In this document: in pieces, positions 57,894-64,000 of the stretch
How the letters are laid out: every line of letters starts with the position of its first letter
Numbering within the stretch: the stretch's first letter is position 1
Origin: an uncultured bacterium
Lineage (GTDB): Bacteria; Armatimonadota; Abditibacteriia; Abditibacteriales; Abditibacteriaceae
DNA length: 64,000 bases
Assembly (NCBI GenBank): GCA_963843795.1
Contig: CAWJLW010000006.1
Coordinates: forward strand, 1,364,001-1,428,000
Reading direction: 5' to 3'
Made by a program: the position numbers and the translations under genes
The notes under the pieces: model-generated
What the model was told of the DNA's origin: nothing
Databases searched by the model: none
Seen by the model: only the letters and a program-made list of their open reading frames with translations

Positions 57894-59558
57894 TTAAACT
57901 TCCAACACCACCGGCAGAATCATCGGACGCCGCCTGACTGAACTCCAGATATGATCTGAGAGCGTATCGCGGATAATGCGCGCTACGCCTTGCGAGTCGC
58001 TGCGCGCTCCGTTGCGCAAATCGTCCAGTTTGTCTTGCACTTTCTGACTCAGAGTTTTCATCAATTCTTCGTTATTGGGCTGATGCAAAAAGCCGCGCTG
58101 CGTCAAATCCGGGCCGTTCAAAACTGCGCCGCTTTGCTTGTCCAGAATCACCGTCGCCACCAAAACGCCGTCGTCCGACAAATGTTTGCGGTCGCGCAAA
58201 ATCGACTGCCCGACATCTCCAATCGTCAATCCATCCACCAGAACGCTGCCCGAATGCACTTGGCCGACAATTTCGCAGCGATCTGGTGAAACGCTTAAAA
58301 CATCGCCGATTTGCAAAAACGGAATGTTTTCGCGTTTGTAGCTCAATTCCTCGCACAAATCGGCGTAAGCAATCGCGTGGCGCGCTTCGCCGTGATAGGG
58401 AATCGGAAACTTCGGACGCGCCAGATTCAGCAGCATCTTTAAATCTTCGGCGTTGCCGTGACCCGAAACGTGAACGTTGTGGTGAGGCGAACGATAAACG
58501 TGCGCGCCCTTCAAGCTCAAGCCGTTGATGACTTTGAAAATCGCGCTCTCGTTCCCCGGAATCGGCGTAGAACTTAAAATCACCGCATCATTTTCGTGGA
58601 GTTCGATGAAGCGATTCTGACCGCGTGCCACTTTGCTCAATGCGGCCATCGGTTCGCCCTGCGTGCCGGTCATCAAAATACACAGTTCGTGGTCGCCGTA
58701 ATCGTCGATTTCTTCAATTGGAATAAACGGCTGGGGCAGTTTGAGATAACCCAATTCTTCGGCGATTTTAGTAATGAGAAGCATCGACCGACCCGTACAG
58801 GCCACGCGGCGGCCATATAAGTGCGCCACGTCGATAATTTGCTGCACACGATGCACGTTAGAGGCAAACGTAGCCACCAGAATGCGGCCCGGAACATCGG
58901 CGAAGATGCGCTCCAAGCCGGGCCGCACGGAAAGCTCGCTGCCCGCCATGCCGCCGCGTCCCGCATTGGTCGTATCGGATAACAGCGCCAGCACGCCTTC
59001 ATCTCCATAATGCGCAAAACGCGAGAATTGCGGCAAACGATTGTCAACTGGCGTCTGATCAAATTTGAAATCGCCACTTTGAATAATCGTGCCCAGCGGA
59101 GTTTTGATGGCCAAGCCGCAGGCATCGGGAATCGAATGGCCGACGCGAATAAACTCGACTTCAAAGGGGCCAATCTTGATAATGTCGCCCGGATTGGTAA
59201 CGTGCGTGTTCAAGGTTTTTGGATCGACCGGATGGTCGCGCAAACGTCCGGCCATAATGCCGAGCGTTAATGATGCGCCATAAACTGGCACTTCGGGGAA
59301 CTCGCGTAGAAAATAGCCCATCGCTCCGACGTGATCCTCGTGACCATGCGTCAGTACCAAGCCCGCAATGCGTTTGCGATTTTCGCGCAAATACGTCCAA
59401 TCGCAGATTATCAGGTCTACGCCGGGATGTTCTTCATCGGGGAATGAAATGCCGCAATCGACAATGAGAATTTTGTTGTCGTATTCATACAGCATCATGT
59501 TCTTGCCGATTTCGCACACTCCGCCTAGCGGAATGATTTTAATGTCGTCTTTACTCAT
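57894..59558 (-). CDS. rnj: Ribonuclease J
   Basis: PLGGVCEIGKN, THGHEDH, HSIPD, GDFK, TGTQGE, HVSGH, RRPMILPV. Confidence 0.97.
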   Translation of the reverse strand: MSKDDIKIIPLGGVCEIGKNMMLYEYDNKILIVDCGISFPDEEHPGVDLIICDWTYLRENRKRIAGLVLTHGHEDHVGAMGYFLREFPEVPVYGASLTLGIMAGRLRDHPVDPKTLNTHVTNPGDIIKIGPFEVEFIRVGHSIPDACGLAIKTPLGTIIQSGDFKFDQTPVDNRLPQFSRFAHYGDEGVLALLSDTTNAGRGGMAGSELSVRPGLERIFADVPGRILVATFASNVHRVQQIIDVAHLYGRRVACTGRSMLLITKIAEELGYLKLPQPFIPIEEIDDYGDHELCILMTGTQGEPMAALSKVARGQNRFIELHENDAVILSSTPIPGNESAIFKVINGLSLKGAHVYRSPHHNVHVSGHGNAEDLKMLLNLARPKFPIPYHGEARHAIAYADLCEELSYKRENIPFLQIGDVLSVSPDRCEIVGQVHSGSVLVDGLTIGDVGQSILRDRKHLSDDGVLVATVILDKQSGAVLNGPDLTQRGFLHQPNNEELMKTLSQKVQDKLDDLRNGARSDSQGVARIIRDTLSDHIWSSVRRRPMILPVVLEV

Positions 59559-59663
59559 AATTTCCTTTAATTAAACAACGCGCTTTCCCTGCGCGCCGTT
59601 AAAATTGATTCAAAATTCCGTCTGCAAGTACTTGCAGACGGTTGATCTGTTTGGCTTTTTTGC

Positions 59664-60923
59664 CTATTCAAAAATACGACCCGCGTGTGTCAGCGTGTCG
59701 CCTTTATCAACCCATTTTCGCACTGCCTGCGGCCTTTTAGCCACTAACATCTGCCGCGTAAAAGGCAAATCCATGCCCAATCGGTCGTGCAAATGATTGT
59801 ATGCGATTTCCCACGTCGTCTGTCCGCCACCTTGGGGCGGCGCGATGCCGGTCTTAGCAGCCTTGACCGCTTTAATCGTGCCGTCGCACACATCATTTGG
59901 TACGGCTTGCGATCCCGTCATCCAGCTCGCGTGCAATTCCATGAATTCCGCCAAGCGTTTCTTTTCGCCTGTGAAGACATCAATATTCTGATTCCACGCG
60001 GTTTCCGCTCCATACATCATCGAATTGAAACCCAGATTCAAGTGTCCCAGATCGCGGCAGCTTTCCATCGCCAGACCATTGATATAAGTCGTCGATCTGG
60101 CTTGGTCGCGCCAAATTCGAGCGGTTTTGGCATCGCTGCTGTTCGGCCCGTTAATCGGCTTTGGCCCGTCCGAAGTATTGTAAATGTAAGTCGGAACGCG
60201 CACTTTCCAACGCCCGACCGCTGATTCAAACATTTCCCGATTGTCCTGAAAAACTGCAATCGCCATGTGTGCTTCGATGGCCGAAAAAATCCAATTGTTA
60301 CCCGGCATGGTATCGTCGGCTACATAAGGCAGCCATTTGTTTAGCAACACGTTTATCTCTTCAGTGCTGGCTGGCGTCCAATCAGGATAACTGTAGCGCA
60401 AAATTTCTGCGCCGTTTGCATACCAGGGCGCTGCCCACGAAACCACCAGACGCGCATTTGACTGGGTGTTTTTTTGATAAGTCTGCGACCAATCGTGCAC
60501 AATTTCGGCCGCATGCTGCGCGTAGCGCTTGTCCTGAGTGATGACATACATCAGCGCTTGGGCATAAACCGCAATGCCATCCAACACTTGTTGATCGCAG
60601 CCGACGTTGGGCTTGTTATAAGAGCCACAATCGACCGAAACGTATGGCTTGCACTTGTATTCTAATGACGCGTACGGCGAACTTTTTAATTCCAAAAACG
60701 CTGTCTTCCACGGTTCTTCGTTGGCGTTGATTTTTTCAATGAAAAAATTCATCTGCTTTCGGGTGTTCAAAATGCCCGGATGCACAAATTTCGTCATAGT
60801 CGCGTTGTCACCAATCGGCGCGGTCGGCGTAACGGCGCTGTTCTTTTTGCCAAGTAACAGCAGGCACGCGGTAATACCTGCAATTGCCAGCAGTTTGGTC
60901 AAGAAAAACGTCAAATCTTTCAT
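59664..60923 (-). CDS. Alginate lyase-family (alpha/alpha-toroid) exported protein
   Basis: FVHPG, GNNW, ESCRDLGH, WEIAYNH; N-terminal hydrophobic anchor. Confidence 0.72.
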   Translation of the reverse strand: MKDLTFFLTKLLAIAGITACLLLLGKKNSAVTPTAPIGDNATMTKFVHPGILNTRKQMNFFIEKINANEEPWKTAFLELKSSPYASLEYKCKPYVSVDCGSYNKPNVGCDQQVLDGIAVYAQALMYVITQDKRYAQHAAEIVHDWSQTYQKNTQSNARLVVSWAAPWYANGAEILRYSYPDWTPASTEEINVLLNKWLPYVADDTMPGNNWIFSAIEAHMAIAVFQDNREMFESAVGRWKVRVPTYIYNTSDGPKPINGPNSSDAKTARIWRDQARSTTYINGLAMESCRDLGHLNLGFNSMMYGAETAWNQNIDVFTGEKKRLAEFMELHASWMTGSQAVPNDVCDGTIKAVKAAKTGIAPPQGGGQTTWEIAYNHLHDRLGMDLPFTRQMLVAKRPQAVRKWVDKGDTLTHAGRIFE

Positions 60924-60984
60924 TTTGAAAATCAGATTTCCTGCCCTTATCCTCGTCGCAAGTACTTGCAGCGAAGATAAAGCT

Positions 60985-61644
60985 TTAAAACAAGCTCAGG
61001 TTTTCGCTTTCCGGTTCGATGGCCGTCTCGTTCAAGCGCGAGTCGCTGCGAACTTCACTGATGTCGGTGATTTCGCTTTCGGCGATGTCACGCGCGATCA
61101 GTTCTTTCAATTTCAAAATGTCGGCTTCCAGTGTCGGCTGCAGTTGCTGGCGATGCAGTGCGGCAGCGGGATGAAAGAGCGGAATATACAAAATGCCACT
61201 TTTGCGAAAAACTTTGCAGCGCGCCTGCGTAATTTTGAATTGTGGCCCCAACAAACGATGCAAAGCCGGATTACCCAGCGGGCAGATAATTTTCGGCTGT
61301 ACGATGGCAATTTGCGCATCCAGATAATCGCGACACGCTGCGACTTCATCCACCAGTGGTTCGCGGTTTTGCGGCGGACGACATTTCACCACATTGGTAA
61401 TGAAAATATCTTCGCGCGCGATGCCCGCTTTTTCCAAAAGTGAACTAAGAAATGCACCAGCGGGGCCTAAAAATGGTCGTCCCGATTCGTCTTCGCGCGC
61501 GCCTGGCCCTTCGCCAACAAACATTAAACGCGCGTGCGCATTGCCTTCGCCCGGCACCGCGTGCGTGCGCGTCTCGCACAAACGGCATTTGGGGCAGACG
61601 CGAATTTCATCGGCTAATTCTTCCAGCAAGCGCGCGCGATTCAT
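60985..61644 (-). CDS. Uracil-DNA glycosylase family 4
   Basis: CPKCRL, VGEGPG..ED..GRPF, NVVKCRPPQNR, HPAA; ATGA overlap with the dapA stop. Confidence 0.93.
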   Translation of the reverse strand: MNRARLLEELADEIRVCPKCRLCETRTHAVPGEGNAHARLMFVGEGPGAREDESGRPFLGPAGAFLSSLLEKAGIAREDIFITNVVKCRPPQNREPLVDEVAACRDYLDAQIAIVQPKIICPLGNPALHRLLGPQFKITQARCKVFRKSGILYIPLFHPAAALHRQQLQPTLEADILKLKELIARDIAESEITDISEVRSDSRLNETAIEPESENLSLF

Positions 61645-62549
61645 AGTTGCGCCGTTTCCAGAGCGCGTCGCAAATTCTCGCTTTCGGCCGCGCCCGCTTC
61701 CACCAAAGGCAATCGCAAGCCACCGCAATCCAAACCACCAGCTTTCAACGCCGCTTTCAAAGGCGCCGGACTCGGACTTGTGGCAGGAAACAAGGCTTCA
61801 AAAACCGGAAGCAAACGCAGATGCAGTTCTAGAGCGCGCGTCAAATCGCCTTCATTGAATGCCGCTATCATTTCAGAAATTTGCGGCCCGACCAGATGAC
61901 TGGCGACCGAAATTACGCCGCATGCCCCTAAACCTAACATGGGATAGGTATCAGCATCGTTGCCCGAGTAAATCCAGAAATCATCGTCGGTATAAGAACG
62001 GATTTTGGCGATTTGCGTTAAGTCACCGCTGGCTTCTTTGACGCCGATAATGTTGGGAATTTCGGCCAAACGTGCCACAGTTTCGGCTTCCAAATTCCGC
62101 GCGGTGCGAGTCGGCACGTTGTAGAGAATGCACGGCAGTTCGACTGATTTGGCAATCGCGGCGAAATGTTGATATAAACCTTCCTGATTGGGACGGTTGT
62201 AATATGGCACGACGAGTAACAGAGCATCAACGTTTAACTTGGCAGCTTGTTGGGAAAATTCAATGGAAAAGGCGGTTTCGTTATCGCCGGTATTGGCGAT
62301 GACGGGAATCTCGACCGCGTCTTGAACGGCGCGATATAAATCGAGTTTTTCGTCCGGCGTGAGCGTCGGGCTTTCTCCGGTTGTGCCGGTGATGACAAGC
62401 CCGGTCGTGCCATTTTCGACCAGATGGCGCGCCAATTCCTGAGCGCGATTCATATCGAGGTTTTGCTGTGCATCAAAGGGCGTCACCATCGCGGTCACGA
62501 CGGGGCCAAAAGGCGGCGCTGGAGTGGGAATGTTCATAATCGTATTCAA
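61641..62549 (-). CDS. dapA: 4-hydroxy-tetrahydrodipicolinate synthase
   Basis: TAMVTPF, GTTGES, PYYN, LYNVPTRT, GVKEASG, LRLPL. Confidence 0.95.
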   Translation of the reverse strand: MNTIMNIPTPAPPFGPVVTAMVTPFDAQQNLDMNRAQELARHLVENGTTGLVITGTTGESPTLTPDEKLDLYRAVQDAVEIPVIANTGDNETAFSIEFSQQAAKLNVDALLLVVPYYNRPNQEGLYQHFAAIAKSVELPCILYNVPTRTARNLEAETVARLAEIPNIIGVKEASGDLTQIAKIRSYTDDDFWIYSGNDADTYPMLGLGACGVISVASHLVGPQISEMIAAFNEGDLTRALELHLRLLPVFEALFPATSPSPAPLKAALKAGGLDCGGLRLPLVEAGAAESENLRRALETAQL

Positions 62550-62670
62550 TCAAAGGGTATTTTAACAAACGCGCGGTTTACGCCTCGCGTGGAAAATGCC
62601 CTGCAAGTACTTGCAGGGCATTGGATTGACATCGTTCTTCCTGCGGGCTGCCCGCATCATCAAATGAAAA

Positions 62671-63525
62671 TTAACTAAAAGCTGCTGCGTAATCGTGCGC
62701 GAACTGTTGGAAGCTGCGCGGTGCGACACCCGTGACAGCTTCCACATCGGAAGTCACTTCCGCGCCCGCGTTCTGGCTCCACTGCTCATATTCGCCCAGC
62801 AATCCATCCGCTGTCCATTCGGGAAAATGCACGCTTAACAAAATTGCGCGCATGGCGGCAGGCGGAATATCGATGTAGTGAATGGTGCGACCCAAAACCT
62901 CCGAAAGCGTGTCTGCCATATCCGCGTGCGAGAGCGCCTGTGGGCCGGTGAGGTTGTAGGCCTTATTTTCGTGGCCCACTTGCGTGAAAGCGGCTAAGGC
63001 GACTTTGGCGATGTCGCGCACATCAATTACGCTCACGCGGCCTTCACCAATCGGCGCGTAAATCGCGTTTTGCGCTTTGATGGTCGGGGCGGAACTGAGC
63101 ATGGCTTGCATGAACAAGTTGGGCCGCAAAAAGGTGTATGTGATGCCAGAATTTTTGATGGCTGCTTCAACGATGCCATGATATTGCAAAAAGCGAGTGG
63201 GCGCATCGACATCGGCGCCCAACTGCGAAAGCTTAACGATGTGTTTGACACCAGATTTTTTGGCCTCGCGAACGAAATTGGTTTGCAATTCCGCTGCGTT
63301 TTGAAACGAGGGTGTCAGCAAAAAGGCTTTATCGATGCCCTGCAAAGCAGCGCGTAACGTTTCGGGCTGGTCGAAGTCGCCCGACACGATTTCGATGCCG
63401 GGTAATTTGATGGCGTCAGCTTTTGCAGGATGGCGCACCATCGCACGCGCCGAAATACCTTGTGCGACGAGCAATTTAATCAGTTCTGTGCCGTTGGTGC
63501 CGGTGGCACCGGTGATTAAAATCAT
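62671..63525 (-). CDS. NmrA-like / atypical SDR oxidoreductase
   Basis: ILITGATGTNG, LRPNLFMQ, IDVRDIA, YNLTGPQALS. Confidence 0.9.
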   Translation of the reverse strand: MILITGATGTNGTELIKLLVAQGISARAMVRHPAKADAIKLPGIEIVSGDFDQPETLRAALQGIDKAFLLTPSFQNAAELQTNFVREAKKSGVKHIVKLSQLGADVDAPTRFLQYHGIVEAAIKNSGITYTFLRPNLFMQAMLSSAPTIKAQNAIYAPIGEGRVSVIDVRDIAKVALAAFTQVGHENKAYNLTGPQALSHADMADTLSEVLGRTIHYIDIPPAAMRAILLSVHFPEWTADGLLGEYEQWSQNAGAEVTSDVEAVTGVAPRSFQQFAHDYAAAFS

Positions 63526-63576
63526 CAGAGTTTCCTTGTTTGAAGCGGCAAGTACTTGCCGCGCGTATTTGCGACG

Positions 63577-64000
63577 TTATTCCGACCAAGTCAGAGCTTC
63601 GCTGGCTGCACCAGGCTGTTTCACCCACGCTTTACGGTCGCCTTTGCCGTCGTTGGCGATGCGCAAAATCGCTTCCGGCGGTTTTTCGTCCAAACGCGCC
63701 ACATAACGATATGAAGCTTGCGGCTTTTCCTGCGCGATGAGAGTCGCAATGGTCTTGATATCTTCAAGTGGCTGGCGCGAATTCAATTTCGCATATGTGC
63801 CCATATCGTTGTTCGGACGAGGTTTGGTGATATCGAACGAGGGTACGATCCACCACAGCGGCTTGTCCGGCCCGATTTTGCCTATCGCATCGCCCAGAAC
63901 ATTGGTTTCGCTGGGCGGTGGCACGACAGCGGGCGAAGCTATCTGCAACGTGCCATCAAGCGCGGGTTTCAGCGGTTTGGAAAGCAAATTCAACGAGGCT
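63577..64000 (-). CDS. Hypothetical protein, 5' part outside the window
   Basis: Open frame from the window edge to the stop at 63577, followed by a 12-mer palindrome at 63548. Confidence 0.6.
   Translation of the reverse strand, partial: ASLNLLSKPLKPALDGTLQIASPAVVPPPSETNVLGDAIGKIGPDKPLWWIVPSFDITKPRPNNDMGTYAKLNSRQPLEDIKTIATLIAQEKPQASYRYVARLDEKPPEAILRIANDGKGDRKAWVKQPGAASEALTWSE

Larger units (their letters stand above)
1793..63559. repeat. Dispersed 12-bp palindrome GCAAGTACTTGC (36 perfect copies counted by eye)
   Basis: Core starts: 1793, 4253, 4344, 5510, 7127, 8738, 14414, 15871, 17571, 20283, 23801, 23811, 26342, 26651, 28024, 29503, 30453, 34681, 34756, 35551, 36909, 39690, 40731, 40783, 41859, 45749, 45954, 47210, 50168, 55024, 55909, 57499, 59624, 60958, 62603, 63548. 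Near-copies at about 9314, 10160, 11299, 16432, 18656, 23645, 36879, 46913, 52448, 52998, 53009, 56197. Confidence 0.97.

Noticed and set aside
1793..63559. Palindrome copies as a CRISPR array
   Set aside because: Only 12 bp are conserved, copies are irregularly dispersed over kilobases, some are inside genes, and no cas genes are present

Overview
Bacterial chromosomal window (roughly 50-55% GC by eye) that mixes housekeeping genes (tRNA-Glu, rho, hpt, guaA, guaB3, leuB, CCA-adding enzyme, trmFO, xerC, rlmN, rnj, udg, dapA) with carbohydrate-active and exported proteins. The gene style suggests an Abditibacteriota/Armatimonadota-like organism, but that is inference only. The dominant unexplained signal is a highly iterated 12-bp palindrome, GCAAGTACTTGC. 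I counted 36 perfect copies by eye (29 intergenic, 7 inside CDSs) plus about 12 near-copies, against about 0.004 expected by chance. Many copies are the centre of longer perfect palindromes (up to 48 bp) whose arms differ between copies. Single-base indels recur inside the motif, and one of them frameshifts the photolyase gene. The second signal is a tandem array between trmFO and xerC: two giant exported proteins (2060 and 1166 aa) and two decayed paralog fragments, all sharing a C-terminal module ending IRLxxR, a candidate lineage-specific sorting or anchoring domain. No CRISPR array, IS or prophage was seen.
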